From Myxococcota bacterium (GTDB lineage: Bacteria; Myxococcota_A; UBA9160; SMWR01): a DNA stretch of 64,000 bases. The stretch lies in contig JBNLVK010000172.1 in NCBI GenBank assembly GCA_050618055.1, positions 14,644-78,643 on the forward strand. Reading direction: 5' to 3'. The notes under the pieces were generated by a model. That model saw only the letters and a program-made list of their open reading frames with translations, was not told where the DNA came from and did not search any database. How positions within the stretch are numbered: the first letter of the stretch is position 1; the number at the start of each line of letters is the position of its first letter. The position numbers were made by a program, and so were the translations under genes. Shown here in pieces: positions 8,381 to 21,500 of the stretch.

Positions 8381-9828
8381 GGAAGCGCCTGGCCGACCAC
8401 GCGCTTGACGGGAACCCCGGCCGGGTAGCGGCCGCCCGGCTCGATCTGGTTCAGCAGCGACAGCTCCTCGGCCGACGCCGGCCCGGGATAGGCGCGGGCG
8501 AAGCCGTCGACGGTGTAGCTCCGGCCCGGCGTCACGATGTCGATGCGCCAGGGCTTCACGTTCAGCACGGCGGAGCTGCGCTCGCGCTGCATGCTGCGCA
8601 CCGACGCGCGCAGCGCCCCGTCGTAGCCGGCGAAGGCGCTCTCGGGCGCGAAGCCGATGAGCCGGTAGACGTGATCCCCGTGGCGCACGAAGCTGGCGAC
8701 GCCGCGCACCGTTCCCTGCTGGCCGGCCGCGGCGAAGTCGGCGGTCACCGCCTGGAGCCCGCCGAGCGTCTCGTTCTTCGGCGGCGTCGACTGCATGCCC
8801 TCGGCCGACAGGAAGGCGTCGGCCGCGGCCCGCGGCGCGTCCTCGGCGGCCCGCGAGAGCTGCACCAGCGCGTCCTTGTCCGGCGCGACCGCCCCCACGA
8901 CGGCGCGCTGGTTCACCTGCTTCCAGTCCGGGGGCAGCGTCCAGCGGAAGGCCAGGTCGGGATGGTGGAAGACGTCGCCGCTGAAGAAGCCGTGGCGGGG
9001 ATCCGGGCGTTAGACCATGCCGTCGACCCGGCGCAGGTAGATGTCGCGGCCGACGGTGCCCCCGCCGCCGTCCGGCAGGCGCGCGATCTGCGCCTTCATC
9101 ACCGCCTCGCGGTTGGCCGGCTTCGGGTGCGACGACAGCCACTCCGGAATGCCGTCGGCGCCCGCCTTCGCTCCGATCCGGTCGAGGGTGTGGAACACCT
9201 TCGGCATCTCGTTCGCGGCGTAGCCCTGGGCCGTCATGTAGCGGAAGCCCAGGTCGTCGGCCTGGCTCTCGTCGTCGCGGCTGTACTTGAGCAGCAGCAC
9301 CTGGGCGGTGGCGCCGAGAAGCTGCTGGCTGAGCGCCTGGAGATTCGGAGTGAGGAAGACGGTGGGCAGCAGCACCAGGCTCACGCCGATCGCCTTGGTC
9401 TGCTGGGCCACGCTGTGGCGCGCCGTCACGTGGCCGATCTCGTGGCCCAGCACGCTGGCCAGCTGCGCCTCGTTGGCGAAGTGGGCGAGGATGCCGCGCG
9501 TCACGTAGATGAAGCCGCCGGGCACGGCGAAGGCGTTCACCAGCGGGTCGTCGACGACGTGGAACTCCCAGGGCAGGTGCGGCCGCTCCGACGCCTTCGC
9601 CATGGGCATGCCGATCTCGGCCACGTAGCGCTCCAGGGCGGGATCGTCGTAGAGACCCATGCTCGCCGCGATCTGCGGCGCCGACTGCTGGCCGAGAGCG
9701 ATCTCCTGCGCCTCGCTCATCAGCACGAACTGGGGCCGTCCGGTCACCGGGTTGGTGGCGCACGCCGCCAGGAAGCCCAGGAGCACCAGGCCGAGCAGGA
9801 CGCGGGAATCGCGGAAATGGCTCTTCAT
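8377..9828 (-). pseudogene. M48-family zinc metallopeptidase (lipoprotein) interrupted by a single in-frame TAA at 9010..9012 (fragments 9010..9828 and 8377..9009)
   Basis: N-terminal fragment: MKSHFRDSRVLLGLVLLGFLAAC lipobox and HEIGH zinc motif. Both fragments lie in the same reading frame. My own translation across the stop reads ...YLRRVDGMV*RPDPRHGFFSGDVFHHPDLAFRWTLPPDWKQVNQRAVVG..., which continues as a single protein. Confidence 0.6.
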
Positions 9829-9857
9829 GGGAAGAGCATAGCGGCGGCCGCTGCGGC

Positions 9858-11237
<1,380 letters not shown>

Positions 11238-11250
11238 ACCCGCCTGTCAG

Positions 11251-11266
11251 AGCACGGAACGTGCCA
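11251..11266 (-). promoter_or_regulatory. sigma-54 (-24/-12) promoter-like motif upstream of the response-regulator gene
   Basis: The minus strand reads TGGCACGTTCCGTGCT, against the consensus TGGCACG-N4-TTGCW. GG/GC spacing is correct and there is one mismatch in the -12 region. It lies only about 15 nt from the ATG. Confidence 0.4.
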
Positions 11267-11357
11267 GTGCGTGGCGATCCCTGCGCGCCCGCGATGCACT
11301 TCGTGGGGCCAAATGGTACAAAATGCCCCAGGGGCCGGGGCCGTCTGCCCCCAGCGG

Positions 11358-12602
<1,245 letters not shown>

Positions 12603-12647
12603 GCTGACAACGTCCGCCCCGGCCGCCCGGATGTCAAGGAAGGAGGA

Positions 12648-13364
12648 TCAGAGCAGGTCGCGGAGGCGCTTGTAGCCCGTTCCGATCTCCTCGATCAGCA
12701 GCCGGGCCGCCTCCGCGATGTCCTGGACCGGCTCCTCGGCGCGCTTGGCCAACGCCTTCGCGTGTCCCTCCACCTCGGCGAAGCGCCCCTCCAGGTTCTC
12801 CCACAGCTCCAGGGCCTCGGCCTTGCCCAGGTGGATCTGTACGCGCAGCTCGTCGCGGATCCGGCGCAGGTCGCTCAGCTCCTCGTCGAACTCGCCCTTC
12901 ACGTCCTTGACGTCCATCACTTCCTCCTCGTCGGCGTCGGCTTCGTCGGAATCGACGATGGCCGCGCGTAGTAGATCGGTTTCGGTCAGCAGTCCCAGGA
13001 ACACCCCGCGTTCGTCGACCACCGGCAGGCAGCCGATCTTGCGGCGCAGCATGCGGCGCCCGGCGTCCACGCCCGAGTCGTCGGGGCTCGCCGTGTCGAC
13101 GTCCAGGCTCATCACCTCCTTCACCTCGACGGAGCGCAGGAAGGCGCGGCGCTGCTCCGGCTCGAACTCGAGCGCGCGCGACAGCGACGCGGCCAGCAGG
13201 TCGTGGCTCGACAGGATCCCGACGAGCTGCTCGCCCTGGACCACCGGCAGGTGCCGGATGCGCCCCAGGCGCATGATGTCGTCGGCCAGGTCCAGGCTCT
13301 CGTCCTGGCGGAGCGTCACGACGTCGCGATGCATGAGCTCCGAAACGGTCCGATCCAGTGACAT
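12648..13364 (-). CDS. CBS-pair domain protein with acidic/coiled-coil C-terminal extension
   Basis: This is the 3' part of track ORF 12648..14987. ATG at 13364 is preceded by CCGGAGGTAGCC. There are two CBS motifs (HLPVVQGEQLVGILSSHDLL; CLPVVDERGVFLGLLTETDLL). 238 aa. Confidence 0.8.
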   Translation of the reverse strand: MSLDRTVSELMHRDVVTLRQDESLDLADDIMRLGRIRHLPVVQGEQLVGILSSHDLLAASLSRALEFEPEQRRAFLRSVEVKEVMSLDVDTASPDDSGVDAGRRMLRRKIGCLPVVDERGVFLGLLTETDLLRAAIVDSDEADADEEEVMDVKDVKGEFDEELSDLRRIRDELRVQIHLGKAEALELWENLEGRFAEVEGHAKALAKRAEEPVQDIAEAARLLIEEIGTGYKRLRDLL

Positions 13365-13391
13365 GGCTACCTCCGGTTCTTGCGGTGTCCG

Positions 13392-13407
13392 GTGCAATGC
13401 TTTGCAC
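13392..13407. promoter_or_regulatory. perfect inverted repeat GTGCAA-N4-TTGCAC overlapping the -12 region of the sigma-54 motif
   Basis: Read directly from the sequence: gtgcaatgctttgcac. It sits in the divergent region between the CBS and hemerythrin genes. Confidence 0.3.
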
Positions 13408-13418
13408 GCGGGGTGCCA
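13403..13418 (-). promoter_or_regulatory. sigma-54 (-24/-12) promoter-like motif upstream of the CBS / histidine kinase operon
   Basis: The minus strand reads TGGCACCCCGCGTGCA, with correct GG-N10-GC spacing. The predicted transcription start lies about 28 nt upstream of the CBS ATG, leaving room for the GGAGG RBS. Confidence 0.55.
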
Positions 13419-13481
13419 AGACAAGGGGCCGATCGAGGATTGCCGGGGCTGGGATACCATGGTGACACGGAGGGAGCCCCC

Positions 13482-13934
13482 ATGGAGCCCAGCGAAGTCC
13501 GGCAGAAGGTCCTGAACGACCACCAGGGCCTGAGAGGCCGCCTCGAGGGTGTGGAGCGCCTCGCCCGCGGGGTGGCCGAGGGCGAGAGCGCGCAGGTGGA
13601 AGAGCTGCGTCGCGAGGCGACGGAGCTGCTCCGGGTGCTCACCGCCCACATGTCCTGGGAGGACAGCTACCTGGGTCCGGCGCTGCGCGAGGCCGACGCC
13701 TGGGGACCCGAACGGGTGGCGCGCTTCGACCAGGACCACGTCCAGCAGCGCCGCGAGATCGAGGAGCTGCTGGAAAGACTGTCGGATGGGCGACAGCCCG
13801 CCTCGCCCCTGGCGCGCCGGGTGCTCGAGTGGATCCGCGACCTCTACGCCGACATGCGCGAAGAGGAGGCGGCCTTCCTGGATCCGAACGTGCTGCGCGA
13901 CGACGTGGTGGGGATCGACGTCGAGACCGGCTAG
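13482..13934 (+). CDS. hemerythrin-like (HHE cation-binding) domain protein
   Basis: The internal ATG at 13482 is preceded by ACGGAGGGAG. His/Glu motifs LNDHQGL, AHMSWEDSYL, DQDHVQQRREIEEL and DMREEEAAF. 150 aa. Confidence 0.75.
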   Translation: MEPSEVRQKVLNDHQGLRGRLEGVERLARGVAEGESAQVEELRREATELLRVLTAHMSWEDSYLGPALREADAWGPERVARFDQDHVQQRREIEELLERLSDGRQPASPLARRVLEWIRDLYADMREEEAAFLDPNVLRDDVVGIDVETG

Positions 13935-14359
13935 CGCTCCGCGTCGGTCGTCTCGATCACCTGCGCCATGACCGATTCCTCGAGCTTCTCGTGGTCGCGA
14001 AGCTCGCGGCGGAGCGCGGCCAGCGCGTCGACCAGGGCGTCGGAGGCGGAGGCGCGCGTGACGAGGCCGTACACGCCGTCCAGCAGCGCCGCGTGGTCGC
14101 GTTCGAGCCGGGCCAGGTCGGCGCGCACCGACTCGGCCAGGCCGTGGACGGCGGGGAAGACGACGCCCTCCTCCAGGTCGAAGTGGGAGCGCAGCGCGTC
14201 GCCGAAGCGGTCGAGCCAGCGCTCGATCTCGGCCGGGCTTCCGCCCGCGATCGCACCGTCGAGCCGGTCCGCGATCTCCCGCAGCTGCCGGTGCTGCTCC
14301 TCCATGCGGTGGAGCGCCCGATCCAGCCGGTGGCGCAGACCGGTCAACATGCCTTCCAT
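13931..14359 (-). CDS. hemerythrin-like (HHE cation-binding) domain protein
   Basis: 142 aa. Motifs MEEQHRQL, RSHFDLEEGVVFP, ERDHAALL and LRDHEKLEE. Confidence 0.75.
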   Translation of the reverse strand: MEGMLTGLRHRLDRALHRMEEQHRQLREIADRLDGAIAGGSPAEIERWLDRFGDALRSHFDLEEGVVFPAVHGLAESVRADLARLERDHAALLDGVYGLVTRASASDALVDALAALRRELRDHEKLEESVMAQVIETTDAER

Positions 14360-14461
14360 CCGGGACCTCCCGACCTCTGCTGCATTCTAACGCGCCGGCC
14401 GCTCGCAAGAGCGCGCCGCGGAGGCGTCGCGAACGGGCACGAGCAGCTGGCGCGATCTCGT

Positions 14462-15484
<1,023 letters not shown>

Positions 15485-15708
15485 GCCGGAGACTCCCGGA
15501 TCCCCGCGGACCGGACGCGTCTACCCTGCAAGTTGTACAAACGTGGGCGACCCGCCCGACGGTGAGGCGGCGTGGGCGGCCGGGACGCCGGCAAGCGGTC
15601 TCTTCGCAGCTCATGTCGTGCTGTGGAACCGTGCGAGTGCCGTGCCAACGCCGACTTCGCCGGCACGGCGCTTGCTGCCCTACGGGTTCGACCCACGAGG
15701 AGACCCGT

Positions 15709-15948
15709 GTGCAGCTCTCACGCTCGAAACGCTGCGGAAACCAGGCCTGCGGCTGCCGCCCGGTGTCCGCGCACGGCGACCACTGCAGCGCCTATTGCGC
15801 CAACGTGGATGCCCACGAAGCGGACGACGGCGCCTGCGCCTGCGACCACCGCGCCTGTGCCGAGGCACAGCGCGTCCCGGAGCAGGCAGACGGGAGCGTG
15901 AAGCCGGACGTGGTGACGTCGATCGGGCGCGGTCCGGGCGCCCGCTAG
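15709..15948 (+). CDS. small Cys/His-rich protein, putative metallothionein-like metal binder
   Basis: GTG at 15709 lies 7 nt after GAGGAG. 79 aa with 8 Cys in the pattern C-x3-C-x-C-x9-C-x3-C-x12-C-x-C-x4-C, plus 4 His. Third codon positions are strongly G/C-rich. Confidence 0.45.
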   Translation: MQLSRSKRCGNQACGCRPVSAHGDHCSAYCANVDAHEADDGACACDHRACAEAQRVPEQADGSVKPDVVTSIGRGPGAR

Positions 15949-15957
15949 GGCGTCGCG

Positions 15958-17121
15958 TCAGTGCGCCGACGCCAGCGACGCGTAGAGCGCCTCCACCAGG
16001 CCCGCGCTGCGCTCGTCGCCGGCCAGGCCCAGCTTCATCTGGTTCATCACGTAGCCGAAGCCCAGCCCGGCCTCCGGGTCGGCGAAGCCCAGCGAGCCGC
16101 CGGCGCCCGGGTGGCCGAAGGCGCCCTTGCCGGTGCCCGGCGGCAGTGAGCCGCGGAGCGTGAAGCCCAGGCCGAAGCGCATGGGCACCAGGATCACCTT
16201 GTCCGGACCCTCCACCTGGAGCGTGCGCGCCGCCTGCATCGTCTCTTCGCGCAGCAGCCGCACGCCGTCCACCTCGCCGATCATGGCGGCGTAGATGCGC
16301 GCCACGCCGCGCGCGCTGGCGATGCCGTTGGACGACGGCATCTCGGTGGCGTGGAGCGCGCGCGTGTTCCACATGTCGTCGTAGGCGAACAGGTTCGACG
16401 GGCCCGACAGCACGCGCCCGAGCCAGGTGTCCGGGCCCATGATCTTCTCGCGCAGCTCGATCTGCTTCGGGTCGGTGAGCGGCGGTGCCGGCAGCATGCG
16501 CGCGACCCGCGGCTCCTCGCGCTCGGGAAGGCCCACGAAGAAGTCGGCGTCCAGCGGACCCGCCACCTCTTCGGCCAGGAAGGATCCGGCGGTCCTGCCG
16601 GTGACGCGGCGGATCACCTCGCCCAGGATCCAGCCGTAGGAGCGCGCGTGGTAGCCGTGGGCCGTGCCCGGCTCCCAGCCCGGGGCCTGCCGCGCGATGG
16701 CGTCGACCACCGGCTGCCAGGCGCACACCTCCTCGAGGGTGAGGTCGCCCTCCACCGCGGCCAGGCCGGCCTGGTGGGTCAGCACCTGGCGGACGGTGAT
16801 GGCGCCCTTCCCGTTGGCGGCGAACTCGGGCCAGTAGCGCGCCACCGGCGCGTCGAGATCGATCTCCCCGCGCTCGACCAGCCGGTGCACGCAGGCCGCC
16901 GTGACGCCCTTGGTGGTGGAGAAGACCAGGCAGATCGTGTCCGCCTGCCAGGGACGGCCCGTCTGCGGATCGGCCTCGCCCGCCCACAGGTCGACCACCG
17001 GCGTGCCGCGCCGGTAGACGCAGACCGACGCGCCCACCTCGCCGTGCTCCGCGAAGTTGCGGGCGAAGGCCTCGCGCACCGCCTCGAAGCCGGGCGCCAC
17101 CTGGCCGTGGACGTCGGTCAC
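15958..17121 (-). CDS. beta-lactamase-related serine hydrolase (class C/esterase EstB-like)
   Basis: This is the 3' part of track ORF 15958..18195. GTG at 17121 forms a GTGA overlap with the upstream stop. SxxK motif FSTTKGV. Also HPGAGGSLGFADP. 387 aa. Confidence 0.85.
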   Translation of the reverse strand: MTDVHGQVAPGFEAVREAFARNFAEHGEVGASVCVYRRGTPVVDLWAGEADPQTGRPWQADTICLVFSTTKGVTAACVHRLVERGEIDLDAPVARYWPEFAANGKGAITVRQVLTHQAGLAAVEGDLTLEEVCAWQPVVDAIARQAPGWEPGTAHGYHARSYGWILGEVIRRVTGRTAGSFLAEEVAGPLDADFFVGLPEREEPRVARMLPAPPLTDPKQIELREKIMGPDTWLGRVLSGPSNLFAYDDMWNTRALHATEMPSSNGIASARGVARIYAAMIGEVDGVRLLREETMQAARTLQVEGPDKVILVPMRFGLGFTLRGSLPPGTGKGAFGHPGAGGSLGFADPEAGLGFGYVMNQMKLGLAGDERSAGLVEALYASLASAH

Positions 17122-18098
17122 GCCCCTTCCTTCAGGGCCGGCAGGACCCGGCTCGCCACCAGCTCGAGACTCGGCCAGGCCAGCTCGGGCGGAAGGCCGC
17201 CGCACAGGGGCTGGAGGAGCAGCACGCCGTTGCTGCGCACGTAGTCGACGGCCTCGTCGGGGGTGAAGATGCGGTACGGACCCTGCTCGGCGCGCAATTC
17301 GTCGACATCGGCGGCCACCGACTTGCTGGCCGACTCGGAGGCGTGCATCCAGGCGGCGTACATGCGCGCGTCGTGCAGCAGGTGCGGGCCGATCTCGCGC
17401 CAGGCCCGGTCCGGATCCTCGGCGACGAAGGCGCTGGTGACCGTGCCCGCCGGCGGGTGCAGGAACATCCCGGGCGTAGTGCCGGCCTCCTCGCAGGCTT
17501 CGCGGTACAGGGCCTCGAGCCCCGGATCGCCGCCCTGGGTGATCATGCCCAGGCCGAGCCGCGCGGCGCGCCGCACCGCCGCCTTGCTGCTGCCGCCCAT
17601 CAGCAGCAGCGGACCGCCCGGCGTGAACGGGGTCGGCGTGACGCGCGCCGGGCGTCCCTCGAACACGAAGGGCTCGCCGGAAAAGGCGCGGCGCAGCGTC
17701 TCGAGGCACAGCTCCATGCGCCGGCCGCGCCCCTTCATGTCGCGACCGAACTGGGCGTACTCCTCGGGGCGGTAGCCGATGGCGCAGACGTAGGAGACGC
17801 GGCCCCTGGACAGCACGTCGAGCACCGCCATCTGCTCGGCCAGCGCCACCGGGTCGTGCAGCGGCACCAGCAGGGCGGCCACCTGGATGGGCAGCGCCTG
17901 CGTGCGCGCGGCGATGGCCGACGCCAGCAGCAGCGGCGCCGGCAGGTAGCCGTCCTCCGAGCCGTGGTGCTCCGAGACGATGGCGGCGATGCAGCCGTTG
18001 CGCTCGCCCCACTCCGCCATCTCGACGGCGGCCGCGTAGAGGTCGGCGGCGGGAGCGCCGAAGGCGGGCGCGCGCAGGTCGAACCGCAGGCTGAACAT
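17118..18098 (-). CDS. LLM-class (luciferase-like) flavin/F420-dependent oxidoreductase
   Basis: 326 aa. The sequence is TIM-barrel LLM-like (SEHHGSEDGYLPAPL, LDVLSRGRVSY). Confidence 0.8.
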   Translation of the reverse strand: MFSLRFDLRAPAFGAPAADLYAAAVEMAEWGERNGCIAAIVSEHHGSEDGYLPAPLLLASAIAARTQALPIQVAALLVPLHDPVALAEQMAVLDVLSRGRVSYVCAIGYRPEEYAQFGRDMKGRGRRMELCLETLRRAFSGEPFVFEGRPARVTPTPFTPGGPLLLMGGSSKAAVRRAARLGLGMITQGGDPGLEALYREACEEAGTTPGMFLHPPAGTVTSAFVAEDPDRAWREIGPHLLHDARMYAAWMHASESASKSVAADVDELRAEQGPYRIFTPDEAVDYVRSNGVLLLQPLCGGLPPELAWPSLELVASRVLPALKEGA

Positions 18099-18157
18099 GG
18101 GGCTGGTAGGATACGCGCCCCAACCCGGCTCCGACGCCCCTTTTCGTGGAGAACCCC

Positions 18158-18529
18158 ATGTCCGACTCCTCCCGCTTCGACCGCGGCATCGCCATGTTCC
18201 AGGAGGTCTACGGCGGCGACGTCCCGGCCCCGCCGAAGGGCGCCATGGATTTCTTCGACCTGATGATCGAGCAGACCTTCGCCGAGCTGTGGACGCGCGA
18301 GGCGCTGTCGGTGCGCGACCGTCGGCTCGTGGTGATGGGCATCATCGCGGCGCTGGGCGAGCCCGACACCTTCAAGATCCAGGCGAAGGCGGCGCTGAAG
18401 AAGGGCGAGCTCACGCCCGAGCAGCTGCGCGAGGTGCTCATGCAGATCGCCCACTACGCCGGGTACCCGCGCGCCGCGGCGCTGGTCGGCCCGGTGGAGG
18501 GCGCGATCGGCGAGGCGAAGTCGGACTGA
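18158..18529 (+). CDS. carboxymuconolactone decarboxylase (AhpD-like) family protein
   Basis: CMD-family pattern (FAELWTREALSVRDRRLVVMGIIAALG...QIAHYAGYP). The ATG at 18158 is preferred over the GTG at 18146. Confidence 0.85.
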   Translation: MSDSSRFDRGIAMFQEVYGGDVPAPPKGAMDFFDLMIEQTFAELWTREALSVRDRRLVVMGIIAALGEPDTFKIQAKAALKKGELTPEQLREVLMQIAHYAGYPRAAALVGPVEGAIGEAKSD

Positions 18530-18536
18530 TCCCTGC

Positions 18537-21500
18537 CTAGTGCGACGCGACTGGGGCGCCCGACGCGGCCCCCCGTCCCCGCAGCCGCCGCCAGCGCTCG
18601 GCGATCCACTGGGTGGAGTCGTCGAGCACCAGGTAGAAGACCGGCACCACCAGCAGGGTGAGCAGCGTCGACGAGAACATGCCGGCGGCGGTCGCGACCG
18701 CCATCGGCTGGCGCGACTCGGAGCCCGGCCCCACGCCGATGGCGGCGGGCAGCACGCCGAAGATCATCGAGAAGGCCGTCATCAGCACCGGGCGCAGCCG
18801 CACCGGGGCCGCGCGGCGCATGGCCTCCACCTTGTCGAGCCCCTCGCGCCGCAGCTGGTTGGCGAAGTCGACCAGCAGGATCGAGTTCTTCGTCACCAGC
18901 CCGAACAGCAGGATGATCCCGATCAGGCTGAAGAGGTTGAGCGTCATGCCGAAGGCCAGCAGCGCACCGAGGGCGCCCACCATCGACAGCGGCAGGGCCA
19001 GCATCACGGTCAGCGGGTGCAGCAGGCTCTCGAACTGGGCCGCCAGCACCATGTAGATCACCAGGATCGCGAGCCCCATGGCCAGCGTGAACTGCTGGAT
19101 GCTCTCCAGGAAGGCGTCGGCGCTGCCGGAGAACGAGATGTTCACCTCTTCGGGCAGCAGCTGGTCGCCGAGCTGGCGGATCTGCTGGATGGCGGCGCCG
19201 GCCGGCAGGTCCTCCAGGTTCGCCGACACGGTCACGCTCCGCATGCGGTCGATGCGCGTGATCTTCGACGGCGCCGCGCCGGTCTCGATGTCGATCAGGT
19301 TGCGCAGCTCGATCACCTCGCCGTCGCGACCGCGCACGTACAGCCGCCCGATCGACGCCGGGTCGGTGCGCTCCTCCTCCTCCAGGCGCATGCGGATGTC
19401 GTAGCGGTGGCCGCCCGACTTGAACTTGCCGATGTCCATGCCGCCGATCGACGCCTGGACGACGCTGGCGATCGCCTCGGCGCTGATGCCCATCGATGCG
19501 GCCTTCTCCCGGTCCGGCACCACGCGCACCTCGGGCAGGCCCAGCTTCAGGCTCTTGGTGATGTCGACGAAGCCGGGCCGGCTCTCCAGCGCGCGGATGA
19601 ACTGGTCCGAGATGGAGTCGAGCTCGGTCAGCGCCACGTTGCCGCGCAGGTTGAACTCGAGCTCGCCCTGGCCGCCGCCGCCCATGAACTGGGACGGGTC
19701 CATCACGCGCGAGGTGAGGCCCGGGATGTTGCCGAAGGCCACCCGCGCCGCCTTCATCAGGTCCTGCACGCTGCGTTCGCGCTCGGCGTGGGGGACCAGG
19801 ATCGCCACCATCACGCCGTTGTTCACGGCGCCCGGTCCGTCCGGACCCGAGACGCCGACGCCGGCGAACAGCCCGTGCACCTCGGGCTGGGCGAGCATCC
19901 ACTTCTCGGCCTGGTTCAGGCGGTCGAGCATGCCGTCCAGGTTGGTTCCCGGCGGCGTCTCCAGCATGGCGAACAGCCGCCCCTCGTCCGAGGGCGGGAA
20001 GAACTCGGCGCCCAGCCGCGCGCCGAACAGCATCGCCACCACGAACGAGATGCTGGCGAGCACCATCACCGCCGCGCGGTGGGAGAGCGCCCAGTCGAGC
20101 ACGGCGCGGTAGCGGGCCTCCAGGGCCGCAAGCCAGCGCTCCAGCGTGTGGTAGACGCCGCCGTGCTCGTGCTCCTCGGGCGGAGGCATGCGCGCCGCCA
20201 GCATGGGCGTGAGGGTCAGCGCCACGAACAGCGAGAACATCACCGCCGCGGCGACCGTGATGCCGAACTCGCCCAGGAAGCTGCCCACAAGGCCCTTCAC
20301 GAACACCACCGGCAGGAACACCACGGCGATGGAGAGGGTGGCGGCGGTGGCGGCGAAGGCGATCTCGCGGGTGCCGTTGGAGGCGGCGGTCATCGGGTCG
20401 TCGCCCGACTCGCGGTGGCGCTCGATGTTCTCGAGCACGACGATGGCGTCGTCGATGACCACGCCGACGGCCAGCGCCAGCGCCAGCAGCGTCATGATGT
20501 TGAGCGTGGCGTCGAACATCCACATCACGCCGAAGCTGGCGACGATCGACAGCGGGATCGCCGCCGCCACGATCAGCGTCGGGCGGGTGCGGCGCAGGAA
20601 GACGAACACCACCAGCGTCGCCAGGAACGCGCCGAAGATCAGCGCGAACTGGGTCTCGGCCACCGACTCCCGGATGGAGTCGGAGAAGTCCATGATCTGC
20701 TCCCACGGAGGCAGCTCGATGCCGCCGGGCAGGATCGTCTTCAGCTCCTCGGTGCGCTCGCGCACCTCGTCGGCGATGGCCACCGTGTTGGCCTGGCTCT
20801 GCTTCAGGATGCCGAGCCCGGCGCCCGGCTCGCCGTTGAAGCGGGCCAGGAAGCGGTAGTCCTCGGCGCCGTCCTCGACCCGCGCCACGTCGCGCAGGCG
20901 CACGTCGGCGCCGTCCACGTTGGCCACGATCAGCTCGCCCAGCTCGGCGACCGTCTCGTACTCGGCCGCCGTCTTCAGCGAGTACTCGATCTGGCGGCTC
21001 TCGAGCCGACCGCCCGGCCGCTCGACGTGCTCGCGACCCATGGCCGCGATGATGTCGTTGGTCGACAGGCCGCGGGCGCGCAGCGCCTCGCCGTCCACCC
21101 ACACCCGGATCGCCCGCTCGCGCCGGCCGAAGATCTCGGTGGAGGCCACGCCGTCCACCGTCTCGATGAAGGGCTTCATCGTGTACTTGACGTACTCGGT
21201 GACCTCCACCGCCGGCCGGTTCGAGCTGAGCGGGATCCACAGGATCGGCCGGTTCGACATGTTGAGCTTGTCGACGACCGCCGGCTCCATCTCCTTCGGC
21301 AGCTCGAAGCGCGCGCGGGACACCTTGTCGCGCACGTCCTGCGCCGCCTGGTCGAGGTCGCGCTCCAGCTCGAACTCGGCCACCACCTGGGCGACGCCCT
21401 GGAAGGTGGTGGAGCGCAGGCTGCGCAGTCCGCCGATGGTGTTGATGTGCTCCTCGAGCACCTCGGTGACGTCCTCTTCCATCACCTCCGGCGCCGCGCC

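Noticed and set aside
13391-13407. Plus-strand sigma-54-like match CGGTGCAATGCTTTGCA upstream of the hemerythrin gene
   Set aside because: The GG-to-GC spacing is one nucleotide too long (N11 instead of N10), and sigma-54 promoters do not tolerate that. The same bases are better explained as the palindrome overlapping the minus-strand motif.
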